In this document: piece by piece, positions 19,152 to 29,513 of the stretch | Layout: each line of letters starts with the position of its first letter | Position numbering within the stretch: position 1 is the stretch's first letter | Source of the DNA: Spirochaetales bacterium | GTDB taxonomy: Bacteria; Spirochaetota; Spirochaetia; Sphaerochaetales; Sphaerochaetaceae | NCBI GenBank assembly: GCA_012514185.1 | Contig: JAAZAT010000303.1 | Location: 96 to 64,095 of the forward strand | Length of the DNA stretch: 64,000 bases | Direction: 5' to 3' | The notes under the pieces: generated by a model | Database searches by the model: none | What the model saw: the letters and a program-made list of their open reading frames with translations, nothing else | What the model was told of the DNA's origin: nothing | Program-made: the position numbers and the translations under genes

Positions 19152-20120
19152 ATGCGAAGTACCCGCGATAGTGTAGCGGCTCTAGCCAAGGTAAGCAGTG
19201 CAACGGTTTCCCGTGTCTACAATAATCCCGACTCTGTCTCCGAGGAGTTGCGGCAACGGGTTTTTGAAGCTGCGAGAATCCTTGGGTATGCACCAAACCC
19301 GTTGGCGGCCAGCCTTCGACGAAAAGGAACCGGCACCCTTGCCTTTGTTGAGTTCAATAAAACGGGCAGGCCGTACTATTGGGGCAGCTTTTCCAGCTTT
19401 GACTGGTTTTTCGGCAGGGCCCTGCGGGGAGTCCAGAGCGTCATCGGCCAAAGCTCCTGGCAACTGAGGTTTTTCAGGGTAGGCAGCCGGGAAGAACTGA
19501 AGCTGCTTGAAAAACAGTGTGATGGAATTCTTGCCTACGATGTCGACACCCCCCAAGAGCTCTCCCTGTTCGAGGGAATCACGATCCCTTCTGTGCTTTC
19601 CCACCACATCGGTGATGACGGGCAAGGTTGCATTGTCCGAACAGACAACCTGCATGGAGGCATTCTCCAAGGTCGATATTTGAAGGAATCGGGGTGTGAA
19701 AAGCCATTATACATCACCGGGTATGGGGAAAGTGTTGAGCCGCATGCCAAGCGGTTGGAAGGCTTTTTACAGGTCTATCCACACGCGGTGGTGATAAACA
19801 CAACCATAGGCTCGCCCATCTGTATATCATCGATACTCAATCAGGTGGAAGCATTGCTTGCAAGAGAGGAAATTGATGGGGTTGCCGCTGTGAATGACCT
19901 CACCCTTTTCGACCTGCTGATGCAAAGTAACATTGCTGTTCCTGCAGTAGGATATGATGCCTCCCCATTTTCTTCCTTGCTCGGCAGCAAGGTGGCGAGT
20001 GTGGACATCCAAAGCGGCCAACTCTACCAAAAGGCTACAGAAAAACTGCTTTCCCTGCTGGCTGGAAAGAAGGAAGCAAGCACAACCATCCTGCCTCGGT
20101 TGGTCAGGGATGTTCAGTGA
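19152..20120 (+). CDS. LacI-family transcriptional regulator (probable gal repressor)
   Basis: HTH VAALAKVSSATVSRV, LGYAPN, AASL hinge; divergent from galT-galK. Confidence 0.9.
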   Translation: MRSTRDSVAALAKVSSATVSRVYNNPDSVSEELRQRVFEAARILGYAPNPLAASLRRKGTGTLAFVEFNKTGRPYYWGSFSSFDWFFGRALRGVQSVIGQSSWQLRFFRVGSREELKLLEKQCDGILAYDVDTPQELSLFEGITIPSVLSHHIGDDGQGCIVRTDNLHGGILQGRYLKESGCEKPLYITGYGESVEPHAKRLEGFLQVYPHAVVINTTIGSPICISSILNQVEALLAREEIDGVAAVNDLTLFDLLMQSNIAVPAVGYDASPFSSLLGSKVASVDIQSGQLYQKATEKLLSLLAGKKEASTTILPRLVRDVQ

Positions 20121-21718
20121 ATATGAGCAACAGCAGCAACTTCTTCCACGAGGGAACCGTCCTTTTTTCCACAACCTTGCTTTGTGCTTGCAACGGTTTG
20201 ACGGGAAGAAACTGGCGGGGAAGCGTAGGATACGATTTCTGAGGTGTCTTTTCCGGTTGCTTTCGTTCCATACTTCAGCATTTTATACAAGCGAAGCGTT
20301 GTCAAGAGTTCGCCATAGGTTTTCATTTTGAGATACAAGCGCCTGCGCACCTTGAAGGTCCCTATCCTGCCCTCGGCAAGCAGCAGGTGAAGAGCCGAGC
20401 GAATTTCCTTTTCGCTCCAGGTGGACAGGACCGAGGCATGGCTGTTGCATCCTTTCTTGGAGGAGAGCATCGTTGCAAGCGAACCGGGACTGTAGCGAAA
20501 TGGATGGCTTGCAATGCAAGAAAGCAGGGCTTCCTCTCCTTCGCGCTTCTCTTGGACGGCATGGTTGCATACATCACAGCCGTTGCAAAAATCCACCTCT
20601 TCGCCGAGCTGTGCAAGCAGGTTTTGTCGATAACAAACGGTTGTTGAAGAGAAGAGTGAAACCATAGTTCCCGTTTCGTTGCTGTCGAGCAGAACCACAG
20701 CCCTGCTCTGACGGCCGTCACGGCCGGCCCTCCCACTCTCCTGCAGGTATGCTAGGGCATCGTCGGGCACCTCCCGATGGATTACCGTCCTGATGGTGCT
20801 CTTATCTACACCCATGCCGAATGCATTGGTCGAAAAAAGTACCCCTTCCTCCTGATGGTCGAACCACGTCTCCAAGCCTTTTCTCTGCACGCCATCCAAA
20901 CCCGCATGGTAATATCGGCAGGGGATGTCAGGGTGTGAGCGGAGGAAGGCCTTGCAGGCGAAATAGGTACCCTCGCGGGTATTGCAAAAGACAAGGGCGG
21001 GGCGTGATGCCTTATCTGCCAGCAGGGTGGAAACGGCATGGTCCTTGCTGAGGGTGCGATAGGCATGGTAGCTGATATTCGGTCGATCGCTGCTTGCGCG
21101 CACCAAGTGAGGCCTGTTTTTCAGGAAGATACTCCTGTTGAGCCCTTCGATGACCGCTTGGTCTGCTGTAGCGGTAAAGCAGAGGATCTGCTTGACCGGG
21201 AGATAGGCTACAAGCGGTCCGAGCGCAGCCAAGGCCGGCCTGAAGCCCTCTCCCCACCGTACGATGGTGTGAGCTTCATCGATTACCAGCAGGCTGATTG
21301 TATGTCGACTGAGCTCGCCGATCACCGAAGCTTGGCCCAAACACTCTGCATTGGTGATGACCACCCTGCAGGCATGTACGCCGATGGAGTCGAACAACGC
21401 TCTTCGATGCTCTTGTGTCTGTCCGCCTTGGATGGCAATGCAGCCTATCCCTCTTTGCGTAAAGCGCCGAACCTGGTCGTTCATAAGTGAAAGCAGGGGA
21501 TACACAATAACGGTGAGCCCTTCAACCAGCAGGGAAGGGAGCATGAAGCACAGGCTCTTGCCGCTGCCTGTCGGCAAGGTCACCAACAATCCTTTGTGGT
21601 CGATGTTTCGCCCATCGAGTTCCAGGACCCGTTGTATGACGATCTGCTGAAACGGTCTGAGCATGTGGATGCCGAAGACCGTTCGGGCAAGGGTGTTGAT
21701 TGTGTTCTCAAGCTCCAT
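20114..21718 (-). CDS. recQ: RecQ-family DNA helicase
   Basis: PTGSGKS, DEAH, TATA, YHAG, AFGMGVDK, YLQESGRAGRDG, Zn-binding CY..CNGCDVC; no HRDC domain evident. Confidence 0.9.
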   Translation of the reverse strand: MELENTINTLARTVFGIHMLRPFQQIVIQRVLELDGRNIDHKGLLVTLPTGSGKSLCFMLPSLLVEGLTVIVYPLLSLMNDQVRRFTQRGIGCIAIQGGQTQEHRRALFDSIGVHACRVVITNAECLGQASVIGELSRHTISLLVIDEAHTIVRWGEGFRPALAALGPLVAYLPVKQILCFTATADQAVIEGLNRSIFLKNRPHLVRASSDRPNISYHAYRTLSKDHAVSTLLADKASRPALVFCNTREGTYFACKAFLRSHPDIPCRYYHAGLDGVQRKGLETWFDHQEEGVLFSTNAFGMGVDKSTIRTVIHREVPDDALAYLQESGRAGRDGRQSRAVVLLDSNETGTMVSLFSSTTVCYRQNLLAQLGEEVDFCNGCDVCNHAVQEKREGEEALLSCIASHPFRYSPGSLATMLSSKKGCNSHASVLSTWSEKEIRSALHLLLAEGRIGTFKVRRRLYLKMKTYGELLTTLRLYKMLKYGTKATGKDTSEIVSYASPPVSSRQTVASTKQGCGKKDGSLVEEVAAVAHIH

Positions 21719-21749
21719 GCCCTAGAAGGTTCATCGCAGAGGATTTGCT

Positions 21750-22721
21750 TCAGCTTCTCTCCTCGGTGCGGTCGTGAGCAGGCGGCAACGGAGGGCTGAT
21801 GGTATCGAGGTGGCTCATCATTTCTTCGCTCAAGCGATGTGCCGGGGCCTCAAGGGCGGGCTTGAGCTGATCTGGATCGGCAGCTCCCAGGATGGGGGCG
21901 GTGACAGCAGGGTTTGCCATTACCCATGCGATGCCAAGCGTCGCAGGATGCATGCCCAGCTGTCCGGCATAGGAAGCGAATGAGGAACCCACCTCTTCAT
22001 AGAAAGCTCCCTCATAGCGTACCTTGTACTTTGGATTCTCGACCAGACGCCCCGCTTTTTTGCCCTCCGCCTTGCTGTATCGGCCGGTGAGAAGTCCTCC
22101 TGCGAGGGGGCTGTAGGTGATTACCCCCATGCCCTCGACTTGCGCCATGGGCAGCAGCTCCACCTCGGCCATTCGTTTGGCAAGGTTGTACATCGGTTGG
22201 ATGCACTGGACGCCCACCAGATGCTTCACATCGCTCACCCGCAAGAGGCGTTCCACCTGAAAGGCGGCATAGTTGCTTACCCCGATGCTCAAGACCTTGC
22301 CATCGCGGACAAAGGAGTCGAGGGTCCTCAGGACCTCCTCCTCGCTTGTCGAAGGATCATAGTGGTGGAGGAAGAAGACATCAACATAGTCGGTGCCAAG
22401 ACGCTTCAGGCTCTGATGCAGGGAGTTTCGCAGGTTTTTTGCCGAACAGCCCTTTGCATTGACATCGTCTCCCATCGCCCCGTAGGCTTTGGTGGTGATT
22501 ACCACCTTGTCGCGCTCGGAGGCTATGAAGGAGCCCAGGTACTCTTCAGCAACACCTTTCTGATAGACATTGGCGCAGTCGAAGAAGTTGATGCCTCTCT
22601 GTCTGCACATGCTGTACATCCTCTGCGATTGTTCCTTATCCGCCCGTGAGCCGAACGACATGGTGCCGAAACAAAGCTCTGATACCATGATGCCGGTTTT
22701 TCCCAAGGATTTGTAGTTCAC
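21750..22721 (-). CDS. Aldo/keto reductase
   Basis: FGTMSFG, DCANVY, SLKRLGTDYVD, IGVSN, YSPLAGG. Confidence 0.92.
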   Translation of the reverse strand: MNYKSLGKTGIMVSELCFGTMSFGSRADKEQSQRMYSMCRQRGINFFDCANVYQKGVAEEYLGSFIASERDKVVITTKAYGAMGDDVNAKGCSAKNLRNSLHQSLKRLGTDYVDVFFLHHYDPSTSEEEVLRTLDSFVRDGKVLSIGVSNYAAFQVERLLRVSDVKHLVGVQCIQPMYNLAKRMAEVELLPMAQVEGMGVITYSPLAGGLLTGRYSKAEGKKAGRLVENPKYKVRYEGAFYEEVGSSFASYAGQLGMHPATLGIAWVMANPAVTAPILGAADPDQLKPALEAPAHRLSEEMMSHLDTISPPLPPAHDRTEERS

Positions 22722-22735
22722 TGTGTACTCCTTTT

Positions 22736-23680
22736 TCAGGCTAAATCCAGAAGACCGGCAGTCAGCGAACCGGCCAGCTTCTCCAGTCGTATCGTCTCTC
22801 GTTTGAAGAGCGTCTGCTTCTTGATCATCGACTCAAGGGCGGGGGAGGGAAATACCTCCGCCGTCCAGCGTTCGGGAATGCTCTCTATTCCCTTCAGGGC
22901 TGCAGCAAAGCCACCGTACAGGGCACAAGCAGTTCTGGCATTTCCTCCCCGCATGACCAATGCTTTCATCCCGTCTTCGTAGGAATCGAAGGCGATCAGG
23001 GAGTGCATCACAACCATAAGCTTAGTCAAGACATACGAGCTTTGCTTCGTGTCATACACAGCAAGCGGTTTTTGGTTGAGGGCGGTATGCAATGCGGCAA
23101 CAATTCGTTCATCAAGGCGATTGCGGTTTGCCAGATCGGTCAAGGCGGTCACAAACTGAAATGGATCGTCATATTCCTCTTCCATGAGCAAAGCGAAGCC
23201 AGAGGACAGCAGCAGAACCGTCTGCAGGCAGAGGTCGCTGCTGCTGGTGATCTGGGTCTCGGCCTTGAGGAAATCGAGCCATTTCTTCTGGCTTTGTGTG
23301 GCTTTCATGATCCCGTGAATGGGACAGCGGACGAGGGCGAGGCTGTGATCGGCTTTGGAAGGCCCTTCCTGTAAAATGCGGCGGATATGCTCACCAGGAC
23401 CATCCCCTTCCTGGATGTACTTGCGATAGCTCGCTTTTACATGGTGCACATCAGCATCCTTGTTGGTGACAATGCTCTGGGCGAGCAACGTGAGCAGATC
23501 ACTGACCTCGCTTGACATTCCACAGAGGGGCCGGCTTTCCTCCAGCGCGTAGACTTCCCCGATGCCATCCGGGCACAGAGCCTCTACTTCGCTGCTATGC
23601 ATGCCGTCGGTCTGGCTGCCCATCCCATCCCCTGTATACCATCCCGTAAGGATTGCTGTTGCGATCTCTCTGCTGTCCAT
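22736..23680 (-). CDS. ADP-ribosylglycohydrolase-fold protein with degenerate active site
   Basis: GDGMG near N-terminus and GGxxxTACALYGGFAAALKGIESIPERW C-terminal pattern; ATG at 23680 after GGAGCGAGG. Confidence 0.7.
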   Translation of the reverse strand: MDSREIATAILTGWYTGDGMGSQTDGMHSSEVEALCPDGIGEVYALEESRPLCGMSSEVSDLLTLLAQSIVTNKDADVHHVKASYRKYIQEGDGPGEHIRRILQEGPSKADHSLALVRCPIHGIMKATQSQKKWLDFLKAETQITSSSDLCLQTVLLLSSGFALLMEEEYDDPFQFVTALTDLANRNRLDERIVAALHTALNQKPLAVYDTKQSSYVLTKLMVVMHSLIAFDSYEDGMKALVMRGGNARTACALYGGFAAALKGIESIPERWTAEVFPSPALESMIKKQTLFKRETIRLEKLAGSLTAGLLDLA

Positions 23681-23733
23681 CACCTCGCTCCTGAGCTCAC
23701 GATATAGCAAGTCGGCAAAAAAGACGAGTGCTT

Positions 23734-24864
23734 TTACAACCGCTTCGCTGCAAGTTCGCTTTGAACCAGTTTGAGGTCCTCGGGGATGTTGATATGTTGG
23801 GGGCACAAGGGAACGCACTGGCCGCACTCGGTGCAGGAAAGAGGCCGCTTGCTGCTCTCCTTCGGATTCTCCCACTGGATTCGTACCACCTCATACGAGT
23901 CGAACATACGGGCCTTGTTCCAGAGGGAAAAGTTGCCTGGAATATCGACACCGAAGGGGCAGGGCATGCAGTATTTACATCCGGTGCAACCATTTCCAAC
24001 CCGGGCGCGCATCGTCTGCCCGATGGAGTCGAGGGTGGTGCGCTCTCTCTCGGTCAGCCTTCGGGGAGATTGGAAGGTCTTGAGGTTGTCCCGTACCTGC
24101 TCCATGGTCGACATCCCGCTGAGGATCACCTTCACATTCGGATGGTCGGCAACCCAGCGAAGCGCATAGGATGCACTGCTTGCACCAGTATTGAGTTCGT
24201 TTAATCTCACTTCAAGGTCGGGAGGAAGGTTGGCAAGCAAGCCCCCTTTGATGGGCTCCATGACAATGACAGGGATGTCGAGCTTGGTGCACAGCTCGTA
24301 CCCCCTGTCTCCGGCCTGTTCCTCGGTATCCAGATAGTTGTACTGCAGCTGGCAGAAATCCCAGGTGCGGGAGGTGGCGATATACTCAAAGTCTTCATAA
24401 ATGGAGTGGAACGAAAAGCCCAATTGCTTGATTCTGCCCGCTTGTTGTTCCTGCTCGAGGTACGCAACCACCCCAAGGTCGACCATGCGTACATAGGCTG
24501 CCTTGTCGATGGAGTGAATGAGGTAAAAGTCAAAGTAATCGTGTTGCAGCCGTTGAAGCTGTTCAGCAAACAGGCGCTTGGCGTCATCAAGGGTATGGAC
24601 AAGCCATTGGGGAAGCTTGGTTGCAAGCTGGTAGCTCTCCCTCTTCAGTTGCTTGAGAAATGAGCCCAGGAAGGGCTCACTCTCACCGTTATGGTAGGTA
24701 TAAGCCGTGTCAAAATACGTTACGCCGTTCTCATATGCCTCGCCGAGCATGGCTGTTGCTTCAGCTGTGTCGATGTTTCCCTTTTCTGTCATCGGCAGGC
24801 GCATCGCGCCGAACCCTAAAAGGGAAGTGTTCAAACCTTCTGTTTTCCACGATCTTGTTTCCAT
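23734..24864 (-). CDS. Aldo/keto reductase with C-terminal 4Fe-4S dicluster
   Basis: LGFGAMRLP, FDTAYTYH, GFSFH, MEPIKGG, CTGCKYCMPCP and CTECGQCVPLCPQ. Confidence 0.92.
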   Translation of the reverse strand: METRSWKTEGLNTSLLGFGAMRLPMTEKGNIDTAEATAMLGEAYENGVTYFDTAYTYHNGESEPFLGSFLKQLKRESYQLATKLPQWLVHTLDDAKRLFAEQLQRLQHDYFDFYLIHSIDKAAYVRMVDLGVVAYLEQEQQAGRIKQLGFSFHSIYEDFEYIATSRTWDFCQLQYNYLDTEEQAGDRGYELCTKLDIPVIVMEPIKGGLLANLPPDLEVRLNELNTGASSASYALRWVADHPNVKVILSGMSTMEQVRDNLKTFQSPRRLTERERTTLDSIGQTMRARVGNGCTGCKYCMPCPFGVDIPGNFSLWNKARMFDSYEVVRIQWENPKESSKRPLSCTECGQCVPLCPQHINIPEDLKLVQSELAAKRL

Positions 24865-25000
24865 CGATTGCTCCTTCGTACTGTATCTCATGAAGCATAG
24901 CATAAAACTAGAATAAATTGCGTATAAGATGAGTGGATTTCTTGTCAGCAGAGGCTTCTGAGCGTATGATGGTCAAGGTTTGCCTACGAGGAGGATGGAT

Positions 25001-26191
25001 ATGAAATACAAAAGAAACATCGCTTTAGCGTATGCTTTCTCATTTACTCTCAGTCTCTCCTTCACCCATGGCATCTGGATGATCTATCTTGCCAGTCAAG
25101 GCTTCTCGCTTGTGCAACTGGGCTTGCTTGAGGCTATTTTTCACGTTACCTCGTTTCTCATGGAAGTTCCCACCGGCTCGGTTGCCGATATTTGGGGAAG
25201 GAAGGCCAGCCGCCTTGCAGGCCGGTTGTGCTATGCTCTGAGCTTGGTCTTCATGTTCCACAGCACCACATTCCCTTTCCAAGTTGCTGCTTTCATCCTC
25301 AGTGCGTTGGGATATAATTTGGAGTCGGGGGCGGGGGATGCCCTGCTCTATGACTCGCTTCTGCTCGATGGGGATGAAGGGCGGTACATCAAGGTAAAAG
25401 GAAACGATGAGCTGATCAACCAGATCGGTTCGATTCTCTCTTTTTTGCTGGGAGGGTATCTGGCTTCGCTTGATTTCGGCATTGCCTTCTATGCAACGGT
25501 AGGCTCAGCTCTCTTGGGGTTTTGCATCGCACTCTTTTTTGTTGAGCCGGAGCTTGAGAGAGAAGTGAAGAGAAAGAAAACCTCCCTACTTGACAGTGTG
25601 CTCATCTCCCTGAAGAACCAGATTCTTGACAGCGCCAAGGTCTTCAAGAAAACACCGCACATCGGCTTCTTCATTCTTTTCAGCGAGTCGTTGTTTGCCT
25701 TCATGGTCTGCCTGTTCTTCTATTTGCAGAATCACTGGACCAACCTGGGATTCAGTCCCGCTTCGATCGGGATTGTATTCTCTCTGCATGCGGCAATTGC
25801 AGCAATTTTTTCAGTAAAAGCACATGCCATCGAGAAGCGGATCGGGCAGCGAGGCCTGTTGGTATGTTGCCCGATTATGCTTCTTGTTACGTTGTGGGGA
25901 GTTGCCCTCACCCCCTATTCGATGGTGTTCTATATGCTATGTGCCTCCATTGAAGGCTTGTTGATCCCGACCATTTCCACGTACCTGAATCAACTCATTC
26001 CCTCCAAATTCAGGGCGACCATCCTCAGCTTCCAGAGCATGGCCTACAGCCTGTTCATGATTGCCATCTTCCCCTTGGTGGGGTTGGTTGGAAACGTCGC
26101 CTCGCTCAATCACGCCTTTGTTCTGCTCTCCACGCTTGCCACCCTGTTGGTCATACCGTATCTGGTGATGCTTTTCAAGCAGAAAAGGTGA
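25001..26191 (+). CDS. MFS transporter
   Basis: EVPTGSVADIWGRK, SGAGDALLYDSL, RATILS; about 12 hydrophobic segments. Confidence 0.88.
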   Translation: MKYKRNIALAYAFSFTLSLSFTHGIWMIYLASQGFSLVQLGLLEAIFHVTSFLMEVPTGSVADIWGRKASRLAGRLCYALSLVFMFHSTTFPFQVAAFILSALGYNLESGAGDALLYDSLLLDGDEGRYIKVKGNDELINQIGSILSFLLGGYLASLDFGIAFYATVGSALLGFCIALFFVEPELEREVKRKKTSLLDSVLISLKNQILDSAKVFKKTPHIGFFILFSESLFAFMVCLFFYLQNHWTNLGFSPASIGIVFSLHAAIAAIFSVKAHAIEKRIGQRGLLVCCPIMLLVTLWGVALTPYSMVFYMLCASIEGLLIPTISTYLNQLIPSKFRATILSFQSMAYSLFMIAIFPLVGLVGNVASLNHAFVLLSTLATLLVIPYLVMLFKQKR

Positions 26192-26237
26192 TCATGTCCT
26201 TCTTGGCAGGAGCAAGGCGCTCTGGTATGATGGGGCA

Positions 26238-26912
26238 ATGAAACTGTCAGAACGTGTGATCAACAGCCTGCTCAGGACCTTCTTCAGGCTCTTTTTCCGT
26301 ATCGACCGAACCGAACTTGCAAAGGTTCCCCAGGCCGGCCCTCTCTTGATGATGGTGAACCACACCTCGAACATGGAGGGCCCGATGCTTTATGCCTTCC
26401 TCCAGCCTCGGCCGCTGCACGCGCTTGCCAAGCAGGAACTCTGGGACCACAAGTTCATGGCTTATCTGATGAATATGTGGAAGAGCATTCCTGTTGATCG
26501 GCAGAATATGGGCCGAAGTACGATGGATGCATGTTTCAAGGTCTTGGATGAGCAGCACATCCTCGCTATCGCCCCTGAAGGGACGCGGAGCAAGGATGGG
26601 AACCTGCAAGAGGGAAAGGGCGGTGTTGCTTTCATCGCCCACAAGAAGGACGTTCCGATGATTCCTGTGGCAGTGATGGGCTTTCCCTCGTTCTCCAAGA
26701 ACATCAAGCGCCTGAGGCGTACCGTGATAACGATCCGCGTGGGAGAGGTGTTTGAGATCGTGCAAAAGGGAGGGCGCATCGATGCAGATACCCGCCAAGC
26801 CCTTGCCGATGAGATAATGATGCGCCTGGCAGTTCTGATGCCCAACGAGATGCGCGGCCACTACAAGGACAAGGATATCGTCTTCTCGCTGACCCAGACG
26901 GTCAAAGCCTAG
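26238..26912 (+). CDS. PlsC-like lysophospholipid acyltransferase
   Basis: NHTSNME, AKQEL, IPVDR, APEGTRS. Confidence 0.88.
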   Translation: MKLSERVINSLLRTFFRLFFRIDRTELAKVPQAGPLLMMVNHTSNMEGPMLYAFLQPRPLHALAKQELWDHKFMAYLMNMWKSIPVDRQNMGRSTMDACFKVLDEQHILAIAPEGTRSKDGNLQEGKGGVAFIAHKKDVPMIPVAVMGFPSFSKNIKRLRRTVITIRVGEVFEIVQKGGRIDADTRQALADEIMMRLAVLMPNEMRGHYKDKDIVFSLTQTVKA

Positions 26913-28126
26913 GGTTTCAAGTCTCTGCTGGCTTGTTGCAGTCCTCGATACACGGCTTCATGAATGAGCGTCAGGCGTTTTCTGCGCCCCCCGTTGTCTG
27001 CTGGTTGGGCTGTGAGGCGTATCGGCTCCCCTGCCAGGATTGTCGCCCGCTTTCCTTTTGGGCTGTAGCGGGTATTGATTGACCCACCGCAGAGCCTGTT
27101 GTTGATATCCAGCAGATTGAGGGCGACCTCGAACAAGCGGTTCTCCTCTTCTCCCTCATGCAGGTAGGAAGGGTCCAGGTACTCCAGAATATCGACCACC
27201 TGGCTGATCCGCAAGGAGTGATGCGCCCCAGCCTGCCTGTACGTGGCTTTGGCCCTCTGCAACAGTGAATGGGCCTGTTCTTCTTGGTTGAACAGTGTAT
27301 CCTCGCCTCGGTAGCGAAGCCTGAAAAGTCTGTCCAAGATGGACCCCTCTTCACCCTGTATGCCTGCCTGGGCCTCTCCTAGGCAGAGCAAGGCTTCACA
27401 CAGCAGGTTCCTTCGGATGATGAAATCGGCCTCTTCGGGAAGCGGGATGCCAAAGAACGAGGCGACTAGCTCCAGACTCTTATTGCAGGCTTCAAAGAGG
27501 CGCTGGTGCATCCCTGTCTGGGTAAGTGCCTCTCCTGTTTCTTTTTGCCAGCGTGCAAGCAGCGTCTCAAGATCGTCTGCGTAGCGATAGCCGATGGCAA
27601 TCGGAAGGATTACCACCTCCTTGCCGCCTTCCAAGGCCCAGGAGGCGAGATTGGCAACTCCCATCTCGATCGGTTCGCAGCGATGTCCGTGATAGGTTAC
27701 CTGGCCTTCCGGCGCCAAAGCGATGGGAAATCGTCCCTGTTGCACCTCCTTGCGCAGGTAGTGCATTCCTTCCTTGTTGTTTCCCCGATTCTGGACGGCG
27801 ACAAACCCGAGGCGGGGGAAGAGAAACCTGGTCACCCTTCCTGCCCAGTTGAGCACATCGCGGCCATAGAGAAAGCAGAGATGACTCTCCTTGACTGCAA
27901 CCAGAAGAGCGGGAGCATCCTCTTTTGCAGTATGCCTGAAGGCGATGATCAGGCTCTGCCTGCCCTCCTTGAAAGCCTTGATCTCGTTCGAAAGCACCTC
28001 TGGGTTTGCGAGCTTGAGAACGTTAATGCCAAGAGCCAGCCTCACGTACAAGCTTCCGGCCAGGCGGCTGAAGCAGTAGACGGGCTTTGAGAAGCGTGGG
28101 GTGGGGAATTGCTTGGTTGTATTCAC
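26909..28126 (-). CDS. Glycerolipid acyltransferase-family protein
   Basis: HTAKED (HxxxxD), APEG, ILPIAIGY motifs; long helical C-terminal part. Confidence 0.72.
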   Translation of the reverse strand: MNTTKQFPTPRFSKPVYCFSRLAGSLYVRLALGINVLKLANPEVLSNEIKAFKEGRQSLIIAFRHTAKEDAPALLVAVKESHLCFLYGRDVLNWAGRVTRFLFPRLGFVAVQNRGNNKEGMHYLRKEVQQGRFPIALAPEGQVTYHGHRCEPIEMGVANLASWALEGGKEVVILPIAIGYRYADDLETLLARWQKETGEALTQTGMHQRLFEACNKSLELVASFFGIPLPEEADFIIRRNLLCEALLCLGEAQAGIQGEEGSILDRLFRLRYRGEDTLFNQEEQAHSLLQRAKATYRQAGAHHSLRISQVVDILEYLDPSYLHEGEEENRLFEVALNLLDINNRLCGGSINTRYSPKGKRATILAGEPIRLTAQPADNGGRRKRLTLIHEAVYRGLQQASRDLKP

Positions 28127-29436
28127 GGTGCATCCCGTGTAGCAATCAGCTGTTCATAGTAGGTTCGGTCGATGGGATAGGTTCTGAGAATCCAAAGCCC
28201 GGCAAGATACCAGAGCAGCGGCAGGGGGCCGCAAATGAGAATAATCCCGATTTTAGCCAATTCGGTGATGTGCTCGGTCTGGTACCCGAACAAGGCAAGG
28301 ATCCATCCATTCAATGCAAGGGCGAGCGCTTGGCCAAGTTTGCTGGAGAACGTCCAAAGGCTGGAAAAGACTCCCTCCCTCCTTCCTTTCTTCCTTGTCA
28401 CTGCATCGTACTCGACAATGTCAGGCAGGATGGAGTGGGGCATGACGTAGTGGGTGGAAAGCCCCACTCCCGCAAAGCCCATGACAATGACTCCAAACGT
28501 CGGGCCGAGCGAGCTTCCCAAAAGGCTGAAGAGCATCACCGCTGCACTCATGATGGACATGCCGATCATGTAGCAGGCTTTCTTGCCGATTCTCTTGGAG
28601 ATTTGGACCCACATGGGTATGCACAACAGGCTGAAGGAGAGCAATGCCACCAAGGCAAGCTGGAACAGTCCTTCGTTTTTGAAGATGTAGGCAAAATAGT
28701 AGACCAGCGCCCCTTGGATCATCGAAGTTCCGGTAATGAAGAAGGTCCAAGGTAGCAGGGCGGAGAGGAACACCTTTTCCTTCATCACCTCGGCGAAGGT
28801 GGTGGCAAATCCCTCGAGCTCGCTTGAGCCGGTGTAGGCAGGTTCCTTGATCGCCCAAATTGTTGCCATCGTGGAGAAGAGCATCACAGCCCCCATGAAC
28901 GTACCCATCATCGACCAACCGATGGCAACGTTGCTGAACAGGTTGACAATCGGCATGACCAAAGCAGCTCCCACGAAGGTTCCCAACACAGCAAAGCTCA
29001 TTCGGTATCCGGTGAGAATCGTGCGTTGGTTGTAATCCTCGGTCAATTCAGGCAGCAAGGCGGCATAGGGGATGTTTACCAGGGTGTAGGCGGTATTGAG
29101 TGCACAGTAGAGGAAGGTGGCATAGGTAAACAGTCTCATCTGGCTGGAAAGCTGTACCGGGGTGAACATCAGGCCCATGCAGAAGAAAGAGAGTATGGAG
29201 CCTACGAACATATACGGCCTTCGCCTTCCCCAGCGGGTGCGGGTGCGGTCGGAGATGTAGCCGGTGATCGGGTCGGTGATGGCGTCCCAGACCTTGCCGA
29301 TCATCAGTGCGGTACCGGCAAGAGCCGGCAGCAGGCTGACCACATCGGTGAGGTAATACAGCAGATAAAAGCCCATGATGGTGAAGAAGAGATTGCCGCC
29401 CAAGTCTCCTACTCCGAATCCGAGCTTGGTGCGCAT
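28123..29436 (-). CDS. Glycoside-pentoside-hexuronide (MelB/MFS_2) transporter
   Basis: WDAITDP, SDRTRTRWGRRRPY, NIPYAAL, PDIVEYD, RREG. Confidence 0.9.
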   Translation of the reverse strand: MRTKLGFGVGDLGGNLFFTIMGFYLLYYLTDVVSLLPALAGTALMIGKVWDAITDPITGYISDRTRTRWGRRRPYMFVGSILSFFCMGLMFTPVQLSSQMRLFTYATFLYCALNTAYTLVNIPYAALLPELTEDYNQRTILTGYRMSFAVLGTFVGAALVMPIVNLFSNVAIGWSMMGTFMGAVMLFSTMATIWAIKEPAYTGSSELEGFATTFAEVMKEKVFLSALLPWTFFITGTSMIQGALVYYFAYIFKNEGLFQLALVALLSFSLLCIPMWVQISKRIGKKACYMIGMSIMSAAVMLFSLLGSSLGPTFGVIVMGFAGVGLSTHYVMPHSILPDIVEYDAVTRKKGRREGVFSSLWTFSSKLGQALALALNGWILALFGYQTEHITELAKIGIILICGPLPLLWYLAGLWILRTYPIDRTYYEQLIATRDAP

Positions 29437-29513
29437 GCTTAGCTTTTTAATGATGTGCCTCCATTTTTAAGCAGTGTACCCCACCGATTGAAGCTTCTCA
29501 ACAACGATTTGCA

